A stretch of 64,000 bases of DNA from Octopus vulgaris. Taxonomy: Eukaryota. Location: positions 43,276,001-43,340,000 of the forward strand of contig OX597823.1 of assembly GCA_951406725.2 (NCBI GenBank), given 5' to 3'. This document shows, one piece after another, positions 1 through 12,666 of this stretch (the first letter of the stretch is position 1; each line of letters begins with the position of its first letter). The notes under the pieces were generated by a model. It was not told where the DNA came from and searched no databases. It worked only from the letters and a program-made list of their open reading frames with translations. The position numbers and the translations under genes are program-made.

Positions 1-35
1 TGGCAAGAATGAAGAAACTGAAATCTTGTGCATAC

Positions 36-100
36 CTACTGAATAATTCATGTTTGCCTCAATGTAAGTGAACGCATCCTGGTGCTCAATGAAATAGATT
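36..100 (-). CDS. Candidate internal exon (IYFIEHQDAFTYIEANMNYSV), possibly continuing the LAMP-like gene
   Basis: Acceptor gtcttcctag| and donor GTAG|GTATGC; 65 nt, open in phase 2, compatible with the phase-2 end of exon 6219-6574; peptide loosely resembles LAMP1 'LNFTRNATRYSVQLMSFVYNLS'. Confidence 0.3.
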
Positions 101-308
101 CTAGGAAGACATTGCAGCGCTGCCTTATTTGAAATGGAAAACACTACAGCGAATTCATGAAGAAGTAGCCGTAGAATAGATTAGCTCCCTCCAACTCCCA
201 ACATTATTCAATACTTGCAAATCTTGTAGCTTTGAAGAAGCAAAATTTCAACTGATATTGCAACAGCACCACCACCAACAACAACAATATACAGACACCC
301 ATATATAA

Positions 309-376
<68 letters not shown>

Positions 377-1382
377 TTCTGTATATGCGTGTGTGTGTTT
401 ATGTTCCAAAACAAACAAAAGTGAAATAATCAAACTTTGATGTAAGAACTATACGAACATCATCAGCTACAAAAAACAGATTCAGTAAAACGAACAGCAA
501 CAGGAAACAGGAACAACAACAACAACAACAACAACAACCACAACAGCAACAACAATAGTAAGATCTACTGCAAGAAAACTAACAAGAGTCAATAGCAGAG
601 ATAAGAAGCAACAGCTACATGAATAACAACAGTTGCAGATAACGTGAAACAACATCATCAACGAGAAACGCATGCAAAACAATGCCATCAACAATTGCCA
701 GCCAAGGGAAGAATCATTTTCCAGCAGAAAAACAACAGTAATAACAACAAAAGACATGTAAATAATAAGAGCAGCGCAACAGCATTAACGAACCTGACAG
801 GTTCGACAAGAACATATCTACGTGTGTGTAAACATGTGAAAATACTTCGTGTTCTATGGATTATAAAATAATAATGTTTTTAGCAAGAATAAATGTTTGA
901 AATATAATAATACACTAGAAATATTAAATATGATTTTATAATCACAACTATACAACACAACATCCCATGTCATTGTAGTTAGAGCTTGTTTTCCCAGGTT
1001 TCCAATAATAACAGTATCTTATGCTATGTCTGTTTATTAATGACTCGTTCTACACTGCCATCTACAAGACAAGTGATGGTTACTTTAGTGTAATGTTGAT
1101 GAAAAAGACAAGGGACTTATGGAACAGACTGATGCCTCTTGGCTTGACAATATTGTATCTTATTATAACACTATCATAATCTAATATAACTTTGGCAGCG
1201 AGTATATGAAGTACCGCTTGCTTACGTTAATGGCGTGTACAAACGCCAAAATCACTCAAACATATACATGTATGCACATACATACATATATACATACATA
1301 CATCAGTACATGCATTTATGCATTATGTATATATGCATGTATGTATATTTGTTTATATATATATATATATATATATACATGT

Positions 1383-1670
1383 GAAGGCGCATGGCTTAGT
1401 GTTTAGGGTATCGCACTCAAGATTGCGAGATCGTGGATTCGATTCTCTGACCGGGTGTTGCGTTGTGTTCTTAAGCAAAGCACTCCCTTTCACGTTGCTC
1501 TGCGATCATTTTGACATCTGACATGTGGCACCCAGTTGCACCTGTACATGTAATGTCGATTTGATGAAGGGGGTGAGCTTAAGTCTACACAAACATTTGA
1601 TCACTAGAAAGAAATCATCTGTGTGGCTGGTTGTCGAGCTCTCTTACGTCGTTTAACAACGGGACAGTCC
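1383..1670 (+). mobile_element. tRNA-derived CORE-type SINE
   Basis: A box TGGCTTAGTG, B box GGATTCGATTC, then CORE-like GCGTTGTGTTCTTAAGCAAAGCAC. Confidence 0.75.
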
Positions 1671-1937
1671 ATTACATATACTCATATAAATAGACATAAA
1701 AATGGACGTGGGTGGAGAGGTAAGAAGAAGAAGTAAACAACAACAACCACAACAGCAGATTAAAAAATTGACTGCGGAATTCGAACGCCAGGTCGGCTGT
1801 AAAACGATGACCACTACAATAATGCGATATTAAAATTCTTCAAAGTTTAAATTGTTCACACACGCAACCACACACACACACACACACTCACATATATACA
1901 CACATATACATATAAATATATCACGCACACACACACT

Positions 1938-1990
<53 letters not shown>

Positions 1991-2707
1991 TCCACGTTAT
2001 GCTTGGAAGAATAACAACCCAGACCTAATACTCCCAATACATGACATAAACGAAGTAAAAAGGGGTTAGTAATACCTTGGGGTCATGTAACATAGATTAA
2101 AGTCAGTAAGCTATGTTTTCCTGGTCGGTGTTAGTACATTCGTTTAAAGATATTCCCTAGTATTGATTCAGTCGAAAAAGTCCGAGGAAGAGTATCGCTC
2201 CTCAACACGAAACGAAATAAAACGAAAGCAATATATGTATGTATGTGTGTACGTACGTGTGCGTGTGTGCATGCGTGTGTGTGTGTGTAAGGATTTCTTT
2301 CCACACAGTATTCACCATGGGTCGCTATTATTACAAGTTAAGACATTTATTTTAACGTACTCATTGAATATTAAAATCCAACGCTCTATACAACAGCTAC
2401 GCGTCGATACTGAGGTAATTATTTTCGTTGAGACATATATAACACGTCAAAGGGCCATTATATCGATGCAAGTCGACGAGGTGCAAGACTAGCACTCTTT
2501 ATCTGTAGGAATGAATACCTTACAAATAATCAAAATCAGTTTCAGGTTGCAACATAACACCGAAGTGTTTGTAAAGCAAGATATTTTCTCCATTAATCAA
2601 CACATATTTATGTACCATCAACTGTCACCATTCTCTAAAAGTTTAACAAGACATCACGATAACTTTTCTTAACGACTTCAAAATTACGCACACACACATG
2701 AAGTATA

Positions 2708-2761
<54 letters not shown>

Positions 2762-2800
2762 TATATATATTCTGTTGTACACAGTACCGGGGCCTCAAAA

Positions 2801-2850
<50 letters not shown>

Positions 2851-3426
2851 TATATGTATATATATATATGATTTATTTCATTTGACCAGACAGGAAATCA
2901 ATTTTCTAAGGAAGCGGATTTCTATTGATTGAACGCTCACAGTACATTATTGATATTGATTTTATTGATTCTGGTTGAGCAAAAGATAAAGTGGGCTCTA
3001 CTGGGATTTAAAACCAAAAGACTGAGGTGCTAGATTTTGGGTGAAATATATACCGAATTAAGAATATTGACTTCTTCTGTTTGGACTACGTTCAATTACA
3101 AAAATAAAATACAATATAGAATAATGGACATGACAGTTTGGCAGTGATACTCTCTCTCCCACTCTCGCACTTTCCATATATTTACATAGATACACACACA
3201 CGCATACACACACACATGCACACACGCGCGCACGCACACTCACACGCGCACACATGCACACACATATATGCGTACATACATGCATACACACAGACACTCG
3301 CACATTCATACACATATATATATGTGCGTGTATATATACATATGTATGTGTGTATATACATATATTTATTTATATATATGTATATATTTATATATGTGTG
3401 TGTGTTTATACATACATATATATATG

Positions 3427-3477
<51 letters not shown>

Positions 3478-3519
3478 GACATATATATATATATATATGC
3501 ACGTATATATATATTGGCG

Positions 3520-3558
<39 letters not shown>

Positions 3559-3569
3559 CTGTCTGGATG

Positions 3570-3606
<37 letters not shown>

Positions 3607-3683
3607 ATAATATATATCACTATTATAATATATATATATGTAGACATAATATTTTGCGTTCTTTTCCCAGTTTGTATATATTC

Positions 3684-3738
<55 letters not shown>

Positions 3739-3741
<3 letters not shown>

Positions 3742-4456
3742 CGGCGTACGTACACTTTGGTCTCCTATATGTAAGTATACATTTATCTAAATCTTGTACG
3801 ACTCTATTCTTTCTTTCTACCAGCCCTTTCCCGATTATTTGTTCAATCCACTCTTCGTTCTTTAGTTTCCCCCTGTCACATTCCCCTGCCTTCTTTTCTT
3901 GCTCACTTTCCTTCCTCTTTTCTCTTCAGTGTGTCCCTGTAATTTTTTCTCGACCCTCCTTAATCCTTCTGTCCCTCTACCTCTACTTCTCTTTCTCTTC
4001 TCTCCCCACGTGACTGGTGTTCAGTCATGCCTGATCTTTCTTTCTTGGTTCGGCCGTCGTACGTGCAGCGTCTATATTCCTTCCTGTACCTGCGAAACCT
4101 TGTATCCCTGCCGTAAGGCTCTATTTCCACACACGCCAGCTTAATTTAATTCGTCTTTAGTCGAAAGACCCCTGTTGTTATGTCCTGTCATTTGTATCTG
4201 TGTAACATTCTCCGGTTTTAATTCCGTTTGTTTTTTCGTATACAGTCGCTGCTGTCTGCCAAGGAATCTAATGCTCTTAACTTAGTTTTTCCTTGGGGCT
4301 GGCCAAATTGGGACAATCTTGAGTATAAGCAGCCGAAATTGGAAAGATAATCTGGAACACGACTGAGGAAAGAAAACTTCGAATGACCCGTCCTTGTTTT
4401 CTTTGTATTATATATATACATATGTATATATAGCAGCGTACGTACACTTTGGTCTC
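3739..4456. repeat. Unclassified interspersed repeat with 26-bp terminal direct repeats, embedded in (TA)n
   Basis: tagc(g/a)gcgtacgtacactttggtctc at 3739-3764 and 4431-4456. Confidence 0.55.
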
Positions 4457-4457
4457 T

Positions 4458-4566
<109 letters not shown>

Positions 4567-4769
4567 TGTATATAGCAAAAGCAGGAGTGGTGTTTCCACG
4601 CAGGAAAGAAATATATAGGAAAATCTGCTGCTGAAAATGCACTTAGATTTCAAAAACTCGTGAATGTTTAAAATACAATTATTTACATATGTACCAAACT
4701 AGTTTCAAGAATATTTTTTGTTTATCAATGGTAAAAGTGTAAAAACATCGTTATAAGTTTCAATGTGAA

Positions 4770-4809
<40 letters not shown>

Positions 4810-4891
4810 TACGAGTGAGTTGACAAATGAAAGAAGGGGGACTCAACAAATTTATTGGGAGTTTCGTATATGGATCAAAATGTTTTGATCC

Positions 4892-4931
<40 letters not shown>

Positions 4932-4932
<1 letters not shown>

Positions 4933-5300
4933 TACTTGTTTCCATCACTGGACAGTACCGATGTTTGGGCACCGTCTTGAAGAGTTTAGTCGAACAAATT
5001 AACTCTAGCACTTATGCTTAAGCCTGATACTTATTCGATCAGCCGTTTTGCCAAACCACTAAGTTATGAGAACGTAGACAAAGCGGTAGTGAAGAACCAA
5101 CACAGAAACAATAACACATGCAGACACATGAATATATATATGCCACGGAGTTCTTTCAGATTCCATCTGCCTAATCTTTGGTCGAGCCGCACTCTATAGT
5201 AGTAAAAGTCAGTCACCCATCGCGCCACGCAGTATGATTGAACCTAGAAGCCAACTTCATACCACACGGTCACGCCTGCGTCTGTGTGTGTGTTTGTATA
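4932..5300 (-). mobile_element. Degenerate composite octopod SINE
   Basis: Similar by eye to the copies at 7232-7480, 36215-36640 and 39250-39710. Confidence 0.65.
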
Positions 5301-5649
5301 TATATGTGTGTGTATGTGTGTGTGTATTGAATGTATTTGAGCTTAGCTATGCAAATCAACTAGAGACTCACCAACTAGATGAATAGAATGTGTCCCCATC
5401 ATTTGCTAGTGCTAATGAGAGGATACGAGCTTCTGACCTCTTAGCTGGTTGAGTTGAATCTGCATTCTACTTTTTAAGTACGATTTACTTCGATATTGAA
5501 AGACATATGTGGAGAGAGAAAAAACCTGAATAGCAACGAAATCCCCTGCTACCTCCTAACAAATCTGATAACAATTGATTTTGTTTGCAAATAGTTTGTT
5601 CTTGAAATGTGTGTGGCTATCCATAAGCAACACAGAACTACAGAATTAT

Positions 5650-5835
5650 TCATAGGGTGATGAGGCAGGACTTCGTCGGTCCTTATGTTCTGAGTACAAA
5701 TTGTGCCGAGGTCGACTTTGCTTTTTAACCGCTTGGAGTCGATTATAAAAGTACTGGTTGAGAGCTAGGGGTCTATGTAATCGACTAGTTTCCTTCCCCA
5801 AAAGTTCAGGCCTTGGGACTATAATAGAAAGAATT
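5650..5835 (+). mobile_element. Nin/Deu-domain SINE, degenerate
   Basis: ttctgagtacaaattgtgccgaggtcgactttgct...gtcgat...aagtactgg matches the family seen at 47528. Confidence 0.65.
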
Positions 5836-6218
5836 CTTAATAGGGTAATAAAGTTTGTGTGTGTGTATGTGTGCGTGTGCGTGTGCGTGTGAGTGTGAAT
5901 GTATCTGTGTGCTAATATGATTCTTCACTTCGTTCATACGTCGCCTCACACAAATTGGCGTGTGTTATAAGGAAGGCGTGAGTTATCCACGTGCAAACAC
6001 TATCATGACATTATCCATATTACTGAAAAGCGGGAGCTTGCATATGTAGCAAGGAATATTAATTCTTTAAAATCACACCAATTGTGATGAGAAAAACTCA
6101 TTATCTTCCTGTCTAATTTTAGTTAGAAAAGGCGGGAGTGACAAATTTTAATTCGTTAAAATTAATTAAATATAGAATATGGTGGGGAATTGAGTGAGAA
6201 CCTTGTTAATACACTAAC

Positions 6219-6574
6219 ATCTCAGGGTTTGGTTCGGTATTATAAGAGTCATGAGGGCAATATGATCTAACTATTACTGCTAGGTCCCAGAATAACGAAA
6301 GAAGACATATCTTGCGATCTGCGTGTGACTTCACCACAAATCGCCCAGTGAGGCTCTTTCTTTCATTTTTGACAGGGCTACTGAAATAATAAGGATTAAA
6401 TAGATAATAATTTTCATGAAGGTAATCTATCTGGTCATGATGAATGCGATCCGTATGATAATGAGGTTTATCATGATGACCATCAGGCCGACTATGATGT
6501 TGAGTTTGACGGACATGATGTGTACGTATTAATACGGTTTCTTCACATCCACTACTATATAATAGCCACATGAC
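6219..6574 (-). CDS. Candidate coding exon: His-rich segment followed by a LAMP-family-like domain start
   Basis: Non-repetitive 133-codon ORF; acceptor ctctacattgtcag| (phase 0), donor GAGAT|GTTAGT (phase 2); 'TGRFVVKSHADRKICLLSLFWDLAVIVRSYC' resembles the LAMP-domain start G-Y/F-x-V...C-L (LAMP2 GTYSVNNGNDTCLLA, LAMP5 IFVVRENGTTCLMA). Confidence 0.5.
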
Positions 6575-6819
6575 CTGACAATGTAGAGCTAACAACGAAC
6601 GATTCAATATTTTTAAGAAATGATTTAAGTAATGACTAATTCAATTTTTTAACGGCAACTGTGTTTTCCATCATCCAAACGCTTTTTAGTTTTTTTTTTC
6701 ACTTCCCTTCTTGATACATTTTTTAAATCCATTAATTATATGAAAGAGAGCCAACGCCATGACATCGAGTTGAAAGATAGATTTCACCACATATGACATC
6801 GTCCTCCATAAAATGTGAT

Positions 6820-7217
6820 CAGTTCCCCACGTTGAGTAAGGACTTTAATGGCACTCCGTCGGTTACGACGACGAGTGTTCTAGTTGATCCGATCAACGGA
6901 ACAGCCTGCTCGTACAATTAACGTGGCTGTGCACTCCACAGATACGTGTACCATTAAAGTAGTTCTCGGGGAGATTCAGCCTGACACAGATTCTGACAAG
7001 GCTGTCCCTTTGAAATACAGGTACAACAGAAAAAAAGAGTGAGAGAAAGTTGTGGTGAAAGAGTACACTAGGGTTCGCCACCACCCTATGTCGGAGCCTC
7101 GTGGAGCTTTAGGGATTTTCGCTCAATAAACACTCACAACGCCCGGTCTGGGAATCGAAACCACGATCCTAAGACCGCGAGTCCGCTGCCCTAACTACTG
7201 GTCCATTGCGCCTCCAC
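6820..7217 (-). mobile_element. tRNA-Arg(TCG)-headed CORE SINE (octopus OR-type)
   Basis: Minus strand GGAGGCGCAATGGACCAGTAGTTAGGGCAGCGGACTCGCGGTC...GGTTTCGATTCC followed by CORE-like GCGTTGTGAGTGTTTATTGAGCGAAA. Confidence 0.85.
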
Positions 7218-7231
7218 AAATAGTATGTATG

Positions 7232-7430
7232 TATTCTTTTACTTGTTTCAGTCATTTTACTGCGGCCATGCTGGAGCACCACCTTCAGTCGAACAAATCG
7301 ACCCCAGGACTTATTCTTTGTAAGCCTAGTACTTATTTTATCGGTTTCTTTCCCGAACCGTTAAGTTACGGGGACGTAAACGCACTAACATCGGTTGTGA
7401 AGCGATGGTGGGGTGACAAACACAGACACA

Positions 7431-7480
<50 letters not shown>
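7232..7480 (-). mobile_element. SINE 3' portion with (CA)n and CR1-like tail
   Basis: Minus strand GGTGCTCCAGCATGGCCGCAGTAAAATGACTGAAACAAGTAAAAG tail. Confidence 0.75.
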
Positions 7481-7489
<9 letters not shown>

Positions 7490-7842
7490 ACACTAAGGAC
7501 TTACAATAATGAATAGGTATGAAATTCATGAAAGAATATTGAAGATAACGTTTTAACAACAGCATTTGATCCGTTGTTGTTGGATAACAATTTTTAAAAG
7601 ATTTTAAATTGTTTTAGATAGTTACCCCCCTTTCAAAACATTCAGTTTTGAAAACATTCAGTTATTTCATTGAGATTGCCGTTCACCTATTTATATATCC
7701 TTACAATAAATATATCACTGCATATTTCTTTATTCGTCAAAATCGTATAACAGATTATTTATTGAAAATGTGGAAAACATGATTTCAATTGATCTTGAGA
7801 AACTCTTCACAAAAATCTAAATATGTTTTAGTATATTTAATG

Positions 7843-8476
7843 TATTGTGTTGTCTGGAAAGTTGTAGCAGCTTATATTTCGACTATTTTAGAACATGGTT
7901 GAGTCCATAAAAAAAAGGATTCGACTACAATCCCATTTAGAGCACAATTTAAGCTATCTTTTCGTGGAAGAAAGTTTACGTTACAATAATCTGTGTTAAT
8001 TCTGTAACCCTTTAAAATGGGAGATAAGAAAGTCTATTTTTGGCACTTTGTGCTTTTCTTTTTCGGTAAAGGGAAAAATGCCTCACAAGCAACCAAAAAA
8101 ATATGCGCAGTTTACGGTGATGTTTCTTTATCCGAAAGAACTGTACAGAAGTGGATCGCAAGGTACCGAGCAGGAGCTTGAAGCTTATTGATAAGGCAGA
8201 CCATCAACGAAAGATGATGACCAAATCAGGTCATTAATTGAGAATAACCCACATTACACAACTCGAGAATTGTCAGAAATCCTCAACCTATCAAAATTCG
8301 TCGTTCATGAGCAGTTGGTAAAGCTTGGGTACACATATCGCTACGTTGTTTCGGCACTACATGAGTTGAGTGAGAAGAACCTTTTGGATTGCATTTCCAT
8401 CTGTGATTCGTTTTATAAACGGAATGAAAACGCGCCTTTTTTAAAGCAAATTTTGACAGGTGATAAGAAATGCTAA
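7843..8476 (+). mobile_element. Mariner transposon 5' half, degraded transposase (mellifera-subfamily-like)
   Basis: ATG at 8017: MGDKKVYFWHFVLFFFGKGKNASQATKKICAVYGDVSLSERTVQKW...GRPSTKDDDQIRSLIENNPHYTTRELSEILNLS...LHELSEKNLLDCISICDSFYKRNENAPFLKQILTGDKK (HTH domains plus TGDEKW-like first catalytic D); frameshifted, truncated by a SINE. Confidence 0.9.
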
Positions 8477-8481
8477 CAATT

Positions 8482-8875
8482 CTTATTTCTTTATTGCCCA
8501 CAAGGGGCTAAACATAGAGGGGACAAACAAGGACAGAAAAACGGATGAAGTCGATTACATCGACCCCAGTGCGTAACTGGTACTTAATTTATCGACCCCT
8601 GTAAGGATGAAAGGCAAAGTCGACCTAGGCGGAATTTGAACCCAGAACGTAACGGCAGACGAAATACCTATTTCTTTACTACCCACAAGGGACTAAACAC
8701 AGAGGGGACAAACAAGGACAGACAAATGGATTAAGTCAATTATATTGACCCCAGTGCGTAACTAGTACTATATTTATCGACCCCGAAATGATGACAGGCA
8801 AAGTCAACCTCGGGAGAATTTGAACTCACCGCTAAGCACTTCGCCCGACGTGCTAACGATTCTGCCAGCTCTTCG
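8482..8875 (-). mobile_element. Tandem dimer of Nin/Deu-domain SINE
   Basis: Two ~190-bp units (tatttcttta...ccacaaggg...gatgaaaggcaaagtcgacc...aatttgaac) at ~8482-8668 and ~8669-8875. Confidence 0.85.
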
Positions 8876-9501
8876 TCTTCAACCAGAAAATATTAAAAAG
8901 TCTCTGAAAGTGTATCAGAGAATTTAATGAAAAGAGGAAAAATGTGCGGTATATTCTCTCTCTTCCTCTTTGTATCATCACAAAATGGTTTTTAACCAAC
9001 ATTAATATTTCAGATATATCATTGAAATTATCATCATTATATATATATTTCTTCGATTACATGTCAATCATGTTTAATATCATACTTTTATTCTCTATTA
9101 AAATTTTCCTAATGATGAGTATCATTATTATTTTCTGCACAATTGAGAGTTTAAGGGTTACTTAATGACGTGCTTAGATTTCAGGCATTTCCTATTTTAT
9201 CACTGCCATAACTCCTATCACAGTAGATACAGTTATGATATCTACTATATGTTACAAATGTTGTCCTTTTTTCTTTGTTATTTTGTGTTTTCTTTGTTGA
9301 TATGTCCATGCCCATGATACATCACATATTACAGCCATATTGAAAATTTTCGATCTTCAGTCTTTTATGATTACACCATGTCAATTAGCCAAGAATTCCC
9401 CGTCGACGCGCACACTCTATTTTAAATGTTGCTCCATTTCTTAAATTTTAATAAGTATTTTAGAATAATTAGTTGCTCTTTTTATATCTTGATATTTTCA
9501 G

Positions 9502-9564
9502 ACGAAGACGTTCAACTGTCTTGTTGCATCTGTGAATGTCCTCAGTTCAGTCTTGTCTAGTATT
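9502..9564 (+). other. Candidate 63-nt exon (TKTFNCLVASVNVLSSVLSSI, phase 0-0)
   Basis: tcttgatattttcag| ... TATT|GTGAGT; only splice signals support it. Confidence 0.2.
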
Positions 9565-11204
9565 GTGAGTTTCTGTTTAATTAGTTCATAAATAAACTCT
9601 GGCCACCAATATCTTCCAACAACAAGCATTTGCTACTGATTCTAAACGTGATATCACAATTGTAGTAATGGTCATTTTACATCACTACCAAATTTTTGCC
9701 TTTCGAAATTTAATTCAGAGTTCGTTTTCATTTTCTAACGCTTTTTTTTTTCATTCATTCTACCATCAAACGAGTAAGCAACTTTAAGTGACACTTTTCT
9801 CATCTGCAATGTGTATAACAATATATGTTTGACAATGTTCCATATAACGTTATGAGACGTTTAGGCAAAGCCGTTTTGGCGCCGCCTGATTGGCGTCACT
9901 AACTCAAAGCTGACTTATTTGACATCAGATGTTTCAGTGTTCCACTCGCTTTAATTTTACTTCAGTTTTCTCTTCACCCCACTCTCTTTGTTTATACCTG
10001 TGAGCATATTTCTCATTATGTGTGTGAGGAGATGGTAAGTGTTTATGTTAGTCGTGTTTAGTTATTAAATTTTAATATATCTCTCTCGTTCTCCTTCTTT
10101 TTCTCCTTCGTTCTCTTTTCTTCTTTCTCTCCTTTCTCTCCCTCTTCCTCTCTTACTCCTTCTATCTGTTAGTGTGTATTTTAACTACGTTCGTGTTTGT
10201 GTTTGTCTCCAGTGCTATATATGTACTATCATTAAAACATGTTGAATGTGTAATCAACCGTGCCAGATTGTCCGCATCCAAAAAGCCGCCCTCATTCTTC
10301 GCCATATAGCTATTCATTTGACCATCCATATCCCATGATCAACAACTTTACATTGTCACTTCCCCTAAGTATTTCCCGACCTTTTTCCCCGTTCTTAGTG
10401 ACATCATATTCGCATCTTAGCTTACTCTCATACGAAATTAAACTTACTGGCGTTGTTTTATTTTTTCCATCTATAGCATTTCTATTTTGACTTAAACTGC
10501 AAATCTTATTACCTCTTTATAGATGGAAGGAAACGAACGACTTCTCTTTCAAATGTTATCTAATATTTCAAACAGCGTTCATTTTCATTATCATTCAGAT
10601 ATATTTTCACAATTCAATTGTTGCTGATTTGTATTTCAATTCTATCTGTGCTAATCATCTCATTCCAAATTCTCTTTTTATATATAAAACCAATAGACAC
10701 CTAACTTTATGTGATGCACTCTCTATATTATGATTAGTTTTCCAGTGTTTGGCATCCAATCTTAGAACCTCCCTTGTCATTCAATTTATGATGGTGCAGC
10801 TATAGAACAGTACAAGCATTATCACGAAATATATTATCTCTATTCTTTCCATACAATTCATTCGCTTCCTTGCACTAACTTCAATTCTTCTCTCTATACT
10901 TCTCAAGTTCGATCTTTCATTAATTTATGTTGTGTTTGATGTAACAGTTACGCATGCAACACACGCATAGATTTGCTGGATTTTAAGTTTCATTTTACAC
11001 TTCATGGACTCCACAGCAGCTCGAGAATTCTGTCTGTTTAACTTTTTTTGTGTGTGAGTGCGTGCTTGCTAAGACTTTGTGGATTAGACGTGTTGATAGT
11101 ATTTGGTACACACTCGGTTAGTTTTACGGTTTGTGTTCAAATGATAGTGGATTCATTTGAATATCTTATTCTTAGTATTTCGTCCTTTCAGTATTTAAAT
11201 ATTG

Positions 11205-11410
11205 CAGGCGGCGAGTTGGAAGAATTGTTAGTACGCCTGGCAAAATGCTTAGCAGCATTTCGTCTGAGTTCAAATTCTGCCGAGGTCAGCCTTGTTTTTC
11301 ATACAGCGGAGCCGATTGAATAAATACGAGTTGACAACTGAAGTTGACCTAATCGACTCACTCCTTCCTCTCACGAGTTACCGACTTTATTCCAACATTT
11401 GAAATCAGTA
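11205..11410 (+). mobile_element. Nin/Deu-domain SINE, degenerate
   Basis: ggcggcgagttggaagaattgttagtacg...ctgagttcaaattctgccgaggtc. Confidence 0.7.
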
Positions 11411-12465
11411 TTTATAGTGAATCAGTAATTTTTTCAGTCTTTTAATCTTTTAACCCTTTATTTCTTTCAATCATTGAAAAGTGGCCATGTTAGAACACCT
11501 CCTTGAAAATAAAATTTTACACGAACAAATCCACCCCATTTATCATATTTCTTCGGTGGGGTCTGGTACTTGATTTATCGCATCCCCATGTGCTTGCAAA
11601 GCGAACTTCTTAATCACACAGCCACGTCTGTGGTTAATCCTTTAACGTATTTATATGTTATGATTGTAATTTTGCCGGTTGAGGAAATTGAGTGAAAACC
11701 GTTACTGGGTGGCTTAGGAATTATTTAAAAGAAAGAAAAGCAAGTTACACGTTAATAATAATTGAATATTTTAAGCATTTAAAATATGTAGGATTTTCAC
11801 TATTAATGGAGATAGTAGATTCGCGTTGCTTCGAAATTTTCTACTAATTGAAAAAGGGCATACCATTTATTTCTGTAATAAAATATCCTGAGACAAATTT
11901 TCGTTAGTTAAATTTACTTTCCGTTTTATTTTACTTTCCGTTTTATTTTTCTGGCTATCAAGTCATTCTCTGACATGGTATATATGAGTGTACACATAAC
12001 CAAACACTCATATGAATTTACACAACATACAAACAAATATTTAACAGCATCTGTAAATGTTGCATATATCACCGTAACCAGTTTACCGACCGTTTGATAC
12101 GTAGATAGTTGTTTTAATTTATAAGTGCACAATTGCATATCCTGGATTCATAACTAATGTTTCCTCGTATATCGCAGATGATGAACTTTCCTCCAAGTAT
12201 GTAGCTGCTTCAAAGTACATGCCATTGAAAAGTCATCACAAAAAAGTCACATCTGGTGTTCTCGCTCCGATAATAGGGGGTATTTTCACACCCGTCTGAT
12301 ATTACATTTATTTTTTTACACACCACGTTCGAAATCTATGTTAACTCACGACAACTAACACAGCATGCATGAAAAAGCTACACTCATATAAATCAATAAT
12401 TTTCAACACATTGTATTGATACATACTTACATTACATACAAACACACACGCACACACACACGCAC

Positions 12466-12511
<46 letters not shown>

Positions 12512-12617
12512 ACATATATATATATACATGTATGCTTGGGCATATATTTGTGTGCATATATACACGTCCGCATATTTTTAAATATATCAATACACGTACA
12601 TACACATATACAAACAG

Positions 12618-12664
<47 letters not shown>

Positions 12665-12666
<2 letters not shown>

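Noticed and set aside
3138-4013. 291-aa ORF and the many YI/IY, CV, TH, LSIY, WLVG and homopolymer ORFs across the window
   Set aside because: Translations of (TA)n, (CA)n, (GATA)n, (TGGT)n and trinucleotide microsatellites.
4355-4395. CTGAGGA-AAG-AAAA-CTT-CGAAT as a hammerhead
   Set aside because: Lacks GAAA and a convincing stem I/III.
5371-5525. Minus-strand exon candidate ending TG|GTGAGT
   Set aside because: No good acceptor in the open frame, and joining to exon 36-100 creates TGA.
11004-11116. Signal-peptide-like MDSTAAREFCLFNFF.../CVSACLLRLCG with a donor site
   Set aside because: Needs a frameshift in a T run; no other support.
12178-12279. Plus exon candidate DDELSSKYVAASKYMPLKSHHKKVTSGVLAPIIG
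   Set aside because: Good acceptor but weak donor and no recognisable family.
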